64,000 nt of DNA from assembly GCA_946539855.1 (NCBI GenBank), contig CAMNHV010000009.1, positions 677 through 64,676 on the forward strand, read 5' to 3'. The notes under the pieces are model-generated. The model did no database searches, was not told the DNA's origin, and saw only the letters and a list, made by a program, of their open reading frames with translations. The translations under genes and the position numbers were made by a program. Below are positions 34,073 to 43,812 of the stretch, one piece after another. The stretch comes from an uncultured Lachnospiraceae bacterium (GTDB taxonomy: Bacteria; Bacillota; Clostridia; Lachnospirales; Lachnospiraceae). Position 1 is the first letter of the stretch. Each line of letters starts with the position of its first letter.

Positions 34073-36225
34073 AGTGCAGCATAATGCATGAGTCCGGCCG
34101 GAGAATGCGGATCCGGACGGCGCGAAGACACATGTCGATGCGGGAGGCCGACGTCCTGGAGTACTATCTCCGGGACCTCAGCTACGTCACGGACGTGACG
34201 GTGTACGACAGGGCGGGCGACGCCGTGATCCTGTACGCCCGGAGCGAGGCGACGAGAGCGGACCTCATCCGGCGTCTCGCAGAGTTCGCCTTTGACGACG
34301 AGGCGGCGGAAGCGCTCGTCCCCGAGAAGACGGGACGCGCCCTGAGCCACATGTACGAGGACCGGCTGGCCTTGAAGATCATGGGCCAGGCGTTCCGGCG
34401 CTTTTTCTTTCCCTCCGGCCTGCGCGCGGCGTGGACGGCGGGCAAGAGCCTCCGCTTCATCTGGATGGGCCTGAAGTGCCTTCGCAGATGCAGGCTGGAA
34501 GTGCCGGTCCTGGACGCGACCGCGATCACGGCCTCGATGCTGCGCCGGGACTTCGGGACCGCCTCCTCCGTCATGTTCCTTCTGGAGACGGGCGGGATCC
34601 TGGAGGAGTGGACGCACCGCAAGTCCGTCGACGACCTGGCGCGGTCCATGGCACTGCAGGTCGACCGCGTCTGGATGAAGAGCGGTGACGAAGAGATCCT
34701 CACCGATGTGAAAAACGTTATGCCCGGCGATCACATCATCGTCCGGACGTCAAATATCATTCCGCTCGACGGGAAGGTCCTCTCCGGCGAAGCCATGGTG
34801 AACCAGGCTTCCATGACCGGGGAGTCCGTGCCGGTCGAGAAGCGCCCCGGCGGCTACGTCTATGCCGGGACTGTCGTGGATGAGGGCGAGTGCATCGTCG
34901 AGGTCACGAAGGCTGCCGGCTCGGGCAAGTACGACCAGATCGTCCGCATGATCGAAGACTCGGAGAAACTGAAGTCGGAGACGGAGACAGCAGCTTTTCA
35001 CCTGGCGGATAAGCTCGTGCCCTACAGCCTGCTCGGAACGGCGGTCACATGGCTGCTCACGCGGAACGTCAACAAGGCGCTCTCCTTCCTGATGGTGGAC
35101 TTCTCCTGCGCACTCAAGCTCTCCATGCCGCTGTCGGTCCTCTCCGCGATCCGGGAAGCCGGTAAGCTCCATATGTCCGTCAAGGGCGGAAAATTCCTGG
35201 AAGCTGTCGCGGCGGCGGATACGATCGTCTTCGACAAGACGGGGACGCTCACGCACGCCACGCCGAAGGTCGTGCGGATCGAGACGTTCAGCGGCGAGGA
35301 TGAGACCGAGTGCCTGCGGATCGCGGCCTGTCTCGAAGAGCATTTTCCGCACTCGATCGCGAACGCGGTCGTGCGGGAGGCAGAGGAGAGGGGCATCTCT
35401 CACGCCGAGATGCACTCCAAGGTCGACTACGTCGTGGCGCACGGCATCGCGAGCGAGATCGACGGCTCGAAAGCCGTGATCGGCAGCTACCATTTTGTTT
35501 TCGAGGACGAGGGCTGCACCATTCCGCCTGGAGAAGAAGAGCGGCTGAATGCGCTCCCGAGCGAGTATTCGCATCTGTATCTTGCAGTCGGCGGCGTGAT
35601 GAAGGCGGTGCTGTGCATTTTCGACCCGCTGCGGGAGGAAGCCGCGGACGTCGTGGACAGGCTGCACAGGGCAGGGCTCTCCAGGATCTGCATGATGACC
35701 GGGGACAACGAGAGGACGGCGGCAGCAGTTGCGGCAAAGCTGCATCTGGACGAGTACCGCGCCGGCGTGCTCCCGGAGGACAAGGCGGCATTTATCCGCG
35801 CGGAGCATGCGGCCGGAAGGAAGGTCATCATGGTGGGCGACGGCGTGAACGACACCCCGGCGCTCTCGGAAGCGGACGTCGGCATCGCGGTCTCGGACGG
35901 GGCGGCGATCGCCAGGGAGATCGCGGACATCACGATCTCTGCGGAAGACCTTTACTGCCTGGTGACGCTGCGCGAGATCAGCAGCGCGCTGATGCAGCGG
36001 ATCAGGAGCAATTACAGATTCATCATCGCGTTCAACGCGGCATTGATCGCGCTCGGCGCGTTCGGCATTCTACCGCCGGCATCGTCGGCGCTCCTGCACA
36101 ACGGCTCCACGATCCTGACGGGCCTGCGCAGCATGACGGACCTTCTGCCGGACAAAGCGGCGGTGAACACAGGACGCCTGATTCCACAGAAGACGGAGTC
36201 GGAGCTCGAAGCGGTTCCCGCGTGA
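34069..36225 (+). CDS. Heavy-metal-translocating P1B-type ATPase (SCA-motif type)
   Basis: TGES, DKTGTLT, HP-like EEHFPH, MTGDN, GDGVND.PAL; TM motif DFSCALK instead of CPC/SPC; N-terminal HMA2-like MKCSIMHE..RR.R. Confidence 0.92.
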   Translation: MKCSIMHESGRRMRIRTARRHMSMREADVLEYYLRDLSYVTDVTVYDRAGDAVILYARSEATRADLIRRLAEFAFDDEAAEALVPEKTGRALSHMYEDRLALKIMGQAFRRFFFPSGLRAAWTAGKSLRFIWMGLKCLRRCRLEVPVLDATAITASMLRRDFGTASSVMFLLETGGILEEWTHRKSVDDLARSMALQVDRVWMKSGDEEILTDVKNVMPGDHIIVRTSNIIPLDGKVLSGEAMVNQASMTGESVPVEKRPGGYVYAGTVVDEGECIVEVTKAAGSGKYDQIVRMIEDSEKLKSETETAAFHLADKLVPYSLLGTAVTWLLTRNVNKALSFLMVDFSCALKLSMPLSVLSAIREAGKLHMSVKGGKFLEAVAAADTIVFDKTGTLTHATPKVVRIETFSGEDETECLRIAACLEEHFPHSIANAVVREAEERGISHAEMHSKVDYVVAHGIASEIDGSKAVIGSYHFVFEDEGCTIPPGEEERLNALPSEYSHLYLAVGGVMKAVLCIFDPLREEAADVVDRLHRAGLSRICMMTGDNERTAAAVAAKLHLDEYRAGVLPEDKAAFIRAEHAAGRKVIMVGDGVNDTPALSEADVGIAVSDGAAIAREIADITISAEDLYCLVTLREISSALMQRIRSNYRFIIAFNAALIALGAFGILPPASSALLHNGSTILTGLRSMTDLLPDKAAVNTGRLIPQKTESELEAVPA

Positions 36226-36279
36226 CTATCGTTGAGTGTGATGTGATTCGGCCCGGTGCGGCCGGAAAGGAGAGAGCAT

Positions 36280-36360
36280 ATGAAATGGCACAAATTCTTC
36301 GCCTGGGCGGCGGTCGTCTGCATGGTGATGACGTTCATTACCGGATACCGCAGGAAATAA
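36280..36360 (+). CDS. 26-aa membrane micropeptide MKWHKFFAWAAVVCMVMTFITGYRRK (DUF6219-like)
   Basis: Strong RBS GGAAAGGAG, single TM with His and Cys, basic ends; too short for the ORF track. Confidence 0.75.
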   Translation: MKWHKFFAWAAVVCMVMTFITGYRRK

Positions 36361-36479
36361 CAGGCGAAAGGCGGATGCCGCCAGATCATGCCGCTCTTTT
36401 GCGAATGCCGCCCGCGGAGTAAAATGGTTTCCATGAGGCGGAGCCGGGGACAGGTCCCGCGACAGCAAAGGGGCAGAGC

Positions 36480-38297
36480 ATGAAAGAGACGAAGGCAGCA
36501 GGGACGATCCCTCTCCCGGAATACCCGAGACCGCAGATGGTGCGGGGAGACGGCGGGAGCTGGAAGAACCTGAACGGCATCTGGGAATATGCGATCAGTA
36601 AGAGCGAGGATCTTCCGTCAGCGTATGACGGGCAGATCCTCGTGCCTTTTTCGCCGGAGACGAAGGCGTCCGGCGTGGAGCGCACTCTCCGGGCGGGGGA
36701 GTACCTGCATTATCATTTGAGGGTTGAATTGGACGCGGCGCAGCGGATCCTGCGCGGAGAACGGCTGCTTCTGCACTTCGGCGCCGTCGACCAGGCGTGC
36801 CGCGTCTGCGTCGACGGAATGGAAGCCGGCTATCATGAGGGCGGGTATTTAAGCTTTTCGCTGGATATTACGGCGTTCCTGAAGGATCCTGCCAAAGGGT
36901 TCGACCTGAACGTCGTCTGCATCGACGACACGGACCGGACGTACCACGCGCGCGGAAAGCAGCGCACGAAATGGAGCGGCATGTACTACCCGCCGCAGAG
37001 CGGGATCTGGCAGACCGTCTGGCTGGAGTGGGTGCCGGACGCGTATATCGCGAGCATCGCAATCACGCCGGACTACGACGCAGCAGCGGTCCGCGTGCGC
37101 GTGATTCCGGGCAATAATCACGGGGAAAAACAGTACCCGCTCCGGATCTCAGTTATTACCTCCGGAGAAACACTCTCACAGGCGGAAGGTATGACCGGCG
37201 AGGAAATCGTACTCCCCGTGAAGGACTTCCGGGCGTGGTCGCCGGAGGACCCGTATCTCTATGATCTGGTCGTAGAACTGACCGGCCCGAAGCCGGAAAG
37301 AATGCAGCCGGGAGGAATGACGCCGGACCGCGTCAGGGCGTATTTCGGGATGCGGAAGTTTTCGGTGGGGAAGGACCGGGCTGGGATCCCGCGGCTCTTC
37401 CTCAATGACCGGCCGTACTTCCACCACGGCGTATTGGACCAGGGCTACTGGCCGGACACGCTCCTCACGCCGCCGTCGGATCAGGCGATGATCGACGATA
37501 TTGCACTGATGAAGCGCTTCGGCTTCAACATGCTCCGAAAGCACGTAAAGATCGAGCCCGCGCGCTGGTACTACCACTGCGACCGGCTCGGGATGCTTGT
37601 CTGGCAGGACATGGTGAACGGCGGGCAGGGCTATCACGCATGGTTCGTGACTTATCTCTCGACGGTGTTCCAGTTCCTGCGCGGGCGCTTCGGGGAGAAG
37701 GTCGGAGAACTGTTTTCCCGCAGAAGCAGGCAGGGAAGGGAAGAGTACAGGCGCGAGCTTTTCGCGATGATTAAGCAGCTCGGAAACGCGCCGTGCATCG
37801 CACTGTGGGTCCCGTTCAACGAAGGCTGGGGGCAGTTCCAGTCGAGGCAGATCGCGGAGGAAGTGAAGCGGCAGGATCCCTCGCGCACGGTCGATGCGGC
37901 GAGCGGCTGGTTTGACGGCGGCGGAGGCGACCTGTTCAGCATCCACCACTACTTCTTCTGGCTGAAGCTCCGCCCGCACAGGAGAGTCACCGCGATCACC
38001 GAGTACGGCGGCTACGCCTGCCTGATGGAAGGGCACGTGAGAGCGGACAAGGCCTACGGATACCGGACCTACCGGAGCCGGGAGGAACTGACGGATGCGC
38101 TCGTGAAGCTCCTGAAGACGGAGATCGAGGACAACCTGGACAAGGGACTGTCCGCGGCCGTCCTCACACAGGTCTCTGATATTGAGAACGAGATCAACGG
38201 CCTTGTCACCTACGACAGGGAAGTCATAAAAGCAGGCGCGGAAGAGATCCGCGCCGCCAATGAAAAGATTCTTGATAAGTTCCGCGAGATGACCTAA
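36480..38297 (+). CDS. Glycoside hydrolase family 2
   Basis: [21 protein letters not shown]...[57 protein letters not shown]. Confidence 0.92.
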   Translation: MKETKAAGTIPLPEYPRPQMVRGDGGSWKNLNGIWEYAISKSEDLPSAYDGQILVPFSPETKASGVERTLRAGEYLHYHLRVELDAAQRILRGERLLLHFGAVDQACRVCVDGMEAGYHEGGYLSFSLDITAFLKDPAKGFDLNVVCIDDTDRTYHARGKQRTKWSGMYYPPQSGIWQTVWLEWVPDAYIASIAITPDYDAAAVRVRVIPGNNHGEKQYPLRISVITSGETLSQAEGMTGEEIVLPVKDFRAWSPEDPYLYDLVVELTGPKPERMQPGGMTPDRVRAYFGMRKFSVGKDRAGIPRLFLNDRPYFHHGVLDQGYWPDTLLTPPSDQAMIDDIALMKRFGFNMLRKHVKIEPARWYYHCDRLGMLVWQDMVNGGQGYHAWFVTYLSTVFQFLRGRFGEKVGELFSRRSRQGREEYRRELFAMIKQLGNAPCIALWVPFNEGWGQFQSRQIAEEVKRQDPSRTVDAASGWFDGGGGDLFSIHHYFFWLKLRPHRRVTAITEYGGYACLMEGHVRADKAYGYRTYRSREELTDALVKLLKTEIEDNLDKGLSAAVLTQVSDIENEINGLVTYDREVIKAGAEEIRAANEKILDKFREMT

Positions 38298-39863
38298 TTA
38301 CGCTTTCGCGAAGAGAGTCACCTTCACGACATCGTAGGAATGCCGCCCATTCAGCGACACGTCAGCAAGCAGCTCCAGCTTGTTCCCGCCAAAGAATTCG
38401 GTGTTCAGCTCGAACGTGGCGTCCGCCGTGTACCCGTGCAGGTTGTTCAGCGGGAGCATCACGGAGGAGGCGCCGTTCACGGTCACGCCTTCCGGCAGGT
38501 AGAGCGTCACGGTGACCCACTGCTGCTCCTTCATAATGTGGTTGTTCATGACCCGGATGCTGATCGTGCGGGGCTCGCCCTTCTTGAAGAAGACGGAGCC
38601 GTGGTAGTCTGTAAAGGACGTGAACACACAGTGGTCATGCCGGACGACGTAGGAGGAGAGCTCGCAGAGATCGCGCACCGGGATCCGGTGTCCCCAGTCC
38701 TGGCAGTCGCCGTTGATCAGGTGGATGTAGTCGTCCTCGTTGGGACAGAAAAGCGCATTCTCATCGCACTTGATCTCCATGCCGCCCTCGGCGAACACGT
38801 CGCAGAGCTCCTGGCCGAGGAAGCCCGGGATCTCGCGCAGGACGCGCTCTGCAAGTTCCTTCGCGGTCTTCGGGATCCAGATGCTGTTCTGGCCGGTTGT
38901 ATTGATGCACATCGTGGTGATGCGGTCGTCGAGCGGGGCGGCCCACTTCTCCGGGATGCCGGAGGCGCCGGAGATGATGCCGAGTAGCGCGCCGAGCGTT
39001 CCGCAGGTGCAGTCCGTGTCCTCGCCGCAGGCGTTCGCCATGATGAGGCTCTGTCCGTAGTCGCCGGCGCCGTAGAGGAGGCCGGCGATCGTGAAGCCGA
39101 CGTTCTCCGGCGTGTCCATGCCGGGCTCGCCGAGCTCAAATCCCTCGTTGTTTTCCTTCGGGATGTCGCTGATCCGGATGTGCTGGACGCCGAACGTGCC
39201 GGGCGCGGTATTGTGGATCCTGCGCCGCGCGTCCGCGATCGGGACGCCTTCCGCGTGGCAGCGCATCGCCTCGCGGACGCAGGCGGTCACACGGCTTTTC
39301 TCAGGGATATAAGAGAGGCCGATCTCGATGAGCTTCATCGGGTCGCTCTCCACGAAAGCGGCGCTCTGCATCGCGGCAAAGAAGATCTCACCGTAGAGGC
39401 CTTCCTCCGCGTGGTCGATCACGCCGTCCTCGTAGGCGTAGCGGGCCGCGATCTCCGGATGGCCGGGCGCGAGGCACGCCCAGAGCTCGGAGCGGATCCA
39501 GCAGCCGTTGCTGTTCTTATAAGTATTGTCGACGTCGCCGCAAAGGGGCGGCTCGATGCCGGCGCGCAAATTCGTCTTGCCGGTGCCGTATTCGACCCAG
39601 TTCGGGATGATATAGGAGAGCCAGTACTCGCCGAGGATCGACGCGTTCACGTTTTTCCCGTAGCGCTCGACCGCGGAGAGCCAGGCGATCTGCAGGTCGA
39701 GGTCATCGTTGGCCGGCGGTCCCTGTGACAGATCCTGCATATAGAATTCTGCGTTCTGCAGCGCGCGCTTCGATTCAAACGGCGCGCCGAAAGTGCCGCC
39801 GATATTCTTTCCCGCCCAGCAGCCGGCGAGTTTGTCCCTGAGTTCGTCGATCTTGAGTATCAT
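38298..39863 (-). CDS. ADP-ribosylglycohydrolase family protein with C-terminal extension
   Basis: G.WAGK.IGG..GAP.E, NDDLD, G.DTDC..GT.GA..G metal-binding motifs; RBS GGAGG before ATG at 39863. Confidence 0.85.
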   Translation of the reverse strand: MILKIDELRDKLAGCWAGKNIGGTFGAPFESKRALQNAEFYMQDLSQGPPANDDLDLQIAWLSAVERYGKNVNASILGEYWLSYIIPNWVEYGTGKTNLRAGIEPPLCGDVDNTYKNSNGCWIRSELWACLAPGHPEIAARYAYEDGVIDHAEEGLYGEIFFAAMQSAAFVESDPMKLIEIGLSYIPEKSRVTACVREAMRCHAEGVPIADARRRIHNTAPGTFGVQHIRISDIPKENNEGFELGEPGMDTPENVGFTIAGLLYGAGDYGQSLIMANACGEDTDCTCGTLGALLGIISGASGIPEKWAAPLDDRITTMCINTTGQNSIWIPKTAKELAERVLREIPGFLGQELCDVFAEGGMEIKCDENALFCPNEDDYIHLINGDCQDWGHRIPVRDLCELSSYVVRHDHCVFTSFTDYHGSVFFKKGEPRTISIRVMNNHIMKEQQWVTVTLYLPEGVTVNGASSVMLPLNNLHGYTADATFELNTEFFGGNKLELLADVSLNGRHSYDVVKVTLFAKA

Positions 39864-40117
39864 GGAAGGTCCTCCTTCTTGATTTGTGGGATGCATCTTT
39901 TCTAAGTATATCGTATTTGTGCGGGTTGCGTGCAAATTGCGTCGGCGCAGTTTCGCCGGTTTTAGGGATCTGATCGGTTCCGGCGTAGTTGTGATTAATA
40001 TCTGCAGGTTTCCGGTTGAAAGTGCGGGGTGATGGGCAGATAATAGGAATATCGGGTCCGAGGACCCGCGGCGCGCGGCCTGAATTGAAGCCGGCGTCAT
40101 TTCCGGAGGTTATTATT

Positions 40118-40861
40118 GTGAAAAGAAAGATCGCAGCCATCCTGGTTTTTGCCACGTTGATGACAGGCTGTGCAGGACAGAAGGCAGTGCCCGGCGCGGG
40201 CAGCGCGGCAGCTTCCCCGGCGGACGCCGCGGCGCAGGAGAGCGCCGTGATGGCGGAGGGGATCGAGGACACGCTCGAGATCATCGGCGGGATCACGGTC
40301 AAACAGAAAGGGGACTCCGTCAGCCTCACAGTGCCGGGGGACTATATCGAGACCATTTCGCAGCAGAGCCTGGACACCCTGCGGGAGCAGGAGGGCGTCG
40401 AGGACGTCGAAGTGAATGAGGACGGCAGCGCGACGCTCGTCATGACAGCGGAGAGATATGAGCAGTTTCTCGGGCTCATCAAGCAGAACATCGACGCCGA
40501 GCTGAAGAGAATCGAAGATGACGACAAGACATATCCCATGGTCAAGGGGATCGAAGCGAACGAGACTTACACCGCGTTCATCGTCTCCACCGACTCGAAG
40601 GAGATCACGACGGCGGAGAGCTATCTCGCGATGGGCTTCTATATGTACGGCGGAATGTACAACGTCTATCTGGGAGCGCCGATCGAGAACGTCCACGTCG
40701 ATTTCGTGAATGCGAAGACGGGCGAGATCATCGGCTCCATGGATTCGTCGCAGGCGGGCAGCACAGAGACGACGAAGCAAGGTGCAGAATCTGAGAAGCA
40801 GAGCACAGAATCCGCTGAACAGGACACAGAGTCCGCAGAAAAGAAAACGACTGGGGAGTAA
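40118..40861 (+). CDS. Hypothetical lipoprotein
   Basis: GGAGGT RBS, GTG start, signal peptide with lipobox MTGC; low-complexity E/S/T tail. Confidence 0.75.
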   Translation: MKRKIAAILVFATLMTGCAGQKAVPGAGSAAASPADAAAQESAVMAEGIEDTLEIIGGITVKQKGDSVSLTVPGDYIETISQQSLDTLREQEGVEDVEVNEDGSATLVMTAERYEQFLGLIKQNIDAELKRIEDDDKTYPMVKGIEANETYTAFIVSTDSKEITTAESYLAMGFYMYGGMYNVYLGAPIENVHVDFVNAKTGEIIGSMDSSQAGSTETTKQGAESEKQSTESAEQDTESAEKKTTGE

Positions 40862-40872
40862 GAATAATAGAT

Positions 40873-41082
40873 ATGGCAACAGACAGACAGGTCCAGCTGA
40901 TCGACGCGGCGGCGCTCGGGAGCATCGATGCGGCGGCGCAGCTGGCGGAAGGATATTTTAAGGGAGAGTTCGGCACGAAGCCGAATTACGAAAAGGCGCT
41001 GAAGTGGGCGAAGTACGCCGCAAAGCGCGGCAATGAGGAAGCGGCGCATCTGGTCGAAGTGATCACTGCAATGGAAGCTTGA
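40873..41082 (+). CDS. Small single SEL1-repeat protein
   Basis: A..LA..Y..G..G...NYEKA.KW...AA..GN.EA pattern. Confidence 0.75.
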   Translation: MATDRQVQLIDAAALGSIDAAAQLAEGYFKGEFGTKPNYEKALKWAKYAAKRGNEEAAHLVEVITAMEA

Positions 41083-41109
41083 CAAAGCAGCCGGTCGGAG
41101 TTACTTTAT

Positions 41110-41118
41110 TGCTATGAT
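41110..41118 (+). promoter_or_regulatory. Extended -10 promoter of the trp operon
   Basis: TGcTATGAT. Confidence 0.55.
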
Positions 41119-41151
41119 GCGTTAAAGCGTAAAGGCAACATGGTGAATGAC

Positions 41152-41187
41152 AGCCCCTGGCAGAGCATCGCTCTGTCGGGGGCTTTT
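41152..41187 (+). terminator. Leader terminator upstream of trpD
   Basis: 15-bp stem (with G-U pairs) AGCCCCTGGCAGAGC-atc-GCTCTGTCGGGGGCT followed by TTT. Confidence 0.75.
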
Positions 41188-41251
41188 GCACGTAGCAATG
41201 AGCCATCAGCAAACGACACCACACAGGAACCGGCAGCAGAAGGAGGATCGT

Positions 41252-42274
41252 ATGATCAAAGAAGCAATCGTCAAGATCGTGAACAAGAGTGACCTGACTT
41301 TTGAAGAGGCGCAGACCGTCATGAATGAGATCATGAGCGGGGAGACGACGCCGACGCAGAACGCGGCGTTTCTCGCGGCGCTCTCCACGAAGAGCACAAG
41401 GGCGGAGACGATCGACGAGATCGCGGGCTGCGCGCACGCCATGAGATCGCTCGCGACGAAGGTCCCGCACGAGGGAATGGAAGTCATGGAGATCGTCGGC
41501 ACCGGCGGCGATGGCGCCTGCACGTTCAACATCTCCACGACCAGCGCAATGGTGGTCGCAGCGGGCGGCGTCAAAGTCGCGAAGCACGGCAACCGCGCAG
41601 CGTCTTCCATGTGCGGCACGGCGGACTGCCTCGAGGCACTCGGCGCGGAGATCCAGGCCGACCCCGACAAGTGCAGGAAGCTTCTTGATGAGGTCGGATT
41701 CTGCTTTATCTTTGCACAGAAATATCACACGGCAATGAAATACGTCGGCCCGATCCGGCGCGAGCTCGGCTTTCGGACCGTCTTCAATATCCTCGGCCCG
41801 CTGACGAACCCGGCGAGCCCCGAGTACTTCCTGCTCGGCGTGTATGACGAGTACCTGGTCGAGCCGGTCGCCAAGGTCCTCGCGACCCTCGGCGTGAAGC
41901 ACGCGCTCGTGGTTTACGGACAGGACAAGATGGACGAAGTCTCGGCGAGCGCGCCGACCACGGTCTGCGAGCTGCGCGACGGCTTCTACCGGACGACAGT
42001 GATCAAGCCGGAGGACTTCGGCTTCACCTCCTGCAGCAAGGATGAACTGCGCGGCGGCACTCCCGAGGAGAACGCGAAGATGACGCGCGACATCCTGCGC
42101 GGAGAGGACAAAGGCCCGCGCCGCACGGCGGTGCTCCTGAATTCGGGGGCGGCGTTCTATGCGGCAGGAAAGACCGGCTCCATCGAGGAAGGTATCGCGC
42201 TCGCCGCGGAAATGATCGATTCCGGCAAGGCTCTCAGCGTGCTGGATGCCTACATCGCCGCGTCGCGCGCCTAA
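41252..42274 (+). CDS. trpD: Anthranilate phosphoribosyltransferase
   Basis: [36 protein letters not shown]; RBS AAGGAGG. Confidence 0.95.
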   Translation: MIKEAIVKIVNKSDLTFEEAQTVMNEIMSGETTPTQNAAFLAALSTKSTRAETIDEIAGCAHAMRSLATKVPHEGMEVMEIVGTGGDGACTFNISTTSAMVVAAGGVKVAKHGNRAASSMCGTADCLEALGAEIQADPDKCRKLLDEVGFCFIFAQKYHTAMKYVGPIRRELGFRTVFNILGPLTNPASPEYFLLGVYDEYLVEPVAKVLATLGVKHALVVYGQDKMDEVSASAPTTVCELRDGFYRTTVIKPEDFGFTSCSKDELRGGTPEENAKMTRDILRGEDKGPRRTAVLLNSGAAFYAAGKTGSIEEGIALAAEMIDSGKALSVLDAYIAASRA

Positions 42275-42293
42275 ACAGCGGAGGCGGCAGCGG

Positions 42294-43151
42294 ATGAGCG
42301 GCAAAGACAACACGAACATCCTGCAGGAGATCGCGGCATACACAAGAGGCAGGATCGAGGCGAAAAAGCGCGTGGCACCCCTCGAGGAAGTCCGCGCGCG
42401 GGCGGAGTCACTGAGCAGCACGGAGCAAACCGGCTCTGCGCGGCCGATCCGCGGTGAGAAACGAATTGGATTTGCGGAGTCGCTCGCGGCTCCCGGCATG
42501 CGCCTCATCTGCGAGTGCAAGAAGGCGTCGCCCTCGAAGGGACTCATCGCGCCGGAGTTTCCGTACCTCGCGATCGCAAAGGACTACGAGGCGGCCGGCG
42601 CGGCGGCGATCTCCGTCCTCACGGAGCCGAACTGGTTCCTGGGGAGCGACGCGTATCTCGAGGAGATCGCCCGGTCAGTGACGATTCCGTGCCTGCGCAA
42701 GGACTTCACTGTCGACCCGTACATGATCTACGAGGCGAAGGTGCTCGGCGCGTCGGCGGTGCTCCTGATCTGCGCGATCCTGAGCAAGTCGCAGCTCGGC
42801 GAATACCTCGCGCTCACGCATGAGCTGGGCATGGACGCCCTGGTCGAGACGCACAGCGAGGAGGAGATCCGCATGGCGGCGGAGAGCGGTGCGCGGATCA
42901 TCGGCGTGAACAACAGGGACCTGAAGACGTTCCACGTCGACCTCGGAAACACGGCGCGCCTGAAGGACCTCATCCCGGAGGACCGGATCGCGGTCTCGGA
43001 GAGCGGGATAAGGACGCCCGAAGACGTGGCGGCGCTGCGCGGCAGCGGCATCCGGGCCGCGCTGGTCGGTGAGGCGCTGATGCGCAGTCCCGACCGGAAG
43101 CAGGCGCTGCGGGAGTTTCTGAAAGGCAGCAAGGAAGGGCACCATGGGTGA
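42294..43151 (+). CDS. trpC: Indole-3-glycerol phosphate synthase
   Basis: ICECKKASPSKG, ISVLTEP..F.GS, LRKDF, LVE.H, IGVNNRDL, VSESGI, LVGE.LMR. Confidence 0.96.
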   Translation: MSGKDNTNILQEIAAYTRGRIEAKKRVAPLEEVRARAESLSSTEQTGSARPIRGEKRIGFAESLAAPGMRLICECKKASPSKGLIAPEFPYLAIAKDYEAAGAAAISVLTEPNWFLGSDAYLEEIARSVTIPCLRKDFTVDPYMIYEAKVLGASAVLLICAILSKSQLGEYLALTHELGMDALVETHSEEEIRMAAESGARIIGVNNRDLKTFHVDLGNTARLKDLIPEDRIAVSESGIRTPEDVAALRGSGIRAALVGEALMRSPDRKQALREFLKGSKEGHHG

Positions 43152-43812
43152 TGACGCGGCGAAGACGAGGATCAAATTCTGCGGGATGATGCGGGAGGAG
43201 GACATCGCGGCGGTGAACCGGATCCTCCCCGACTACTGCGGGTTCATTTTCGCGAAAGGGCGGAGACGGACCATCACGGCGCAGCAGGCATCCCGCTTTT
43301 ACCGTCTTCTGGACCGGCGCGTGAAGGCGGTCGGCGTCTTTCTGGACGACCCGGCGGAACGGATCGAGGCGCTCGCTGCGGAGGGGATCATTGACGTGAT
43401 CCAGCTGCACGGCGCAGAGGACGACGCCTTTATAACGAATATTAAGGAAAAGACTGGGTTGCCGGTGATCAAAGCTTTTCCCGTGAGAACGGAGAGAGAC
43501 CTTGAGGCGGCGGCGAGAAGCCCCGCGGACCACATCCTTCTGGACAACGGAAACGGCGGCACAGGGAAGCGATTTGACTGGTCGCTGATAAGAGGATTTG
43601 ACAGGCCGTTTTTCCTGGCAGGGGGCCTCGGACCGGACAACCTCCGGGAGGCGCTGGAGGAGATCTCGCCCTGGGCGGTCGACCTCTCGAGCGGCATCGA
43701 GACGGACGGCGTAAAGGATGAGCGGAAGATGCTGCAGTGCGCGCAGCTGCTGCGCGAAGGCGGCAGCGCGGCAGGAACGGCAGACAGAAAGGAGCACAGA
43801 TATGCAGACTGA
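43144..43812 (+). CDS. trpF: Phosphoribosylanthranilate isomerase
   Basis: [31 protein letters not shown]...KD..K. Confidence 0.95.
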   Translation: MGDDAAKTRIKFCGMMREEDIAAVNRILPDYCGFIFAKGRRRTITAQQASRFYRLLDRRVKAVGVFLDDPAERIEALAAEGIIDVIQLHGAEDDAFITNIKEKTGLPVIKAFPVRTERDLEAAARSPADHILLDNGNGGTGKRFDWSLIRGFDRPFFLAGGLGPDNLREALEEISPWAVDLSSGIETDGVKDERKMLQCAQLLREGGSAAGTADRKEHRYAD

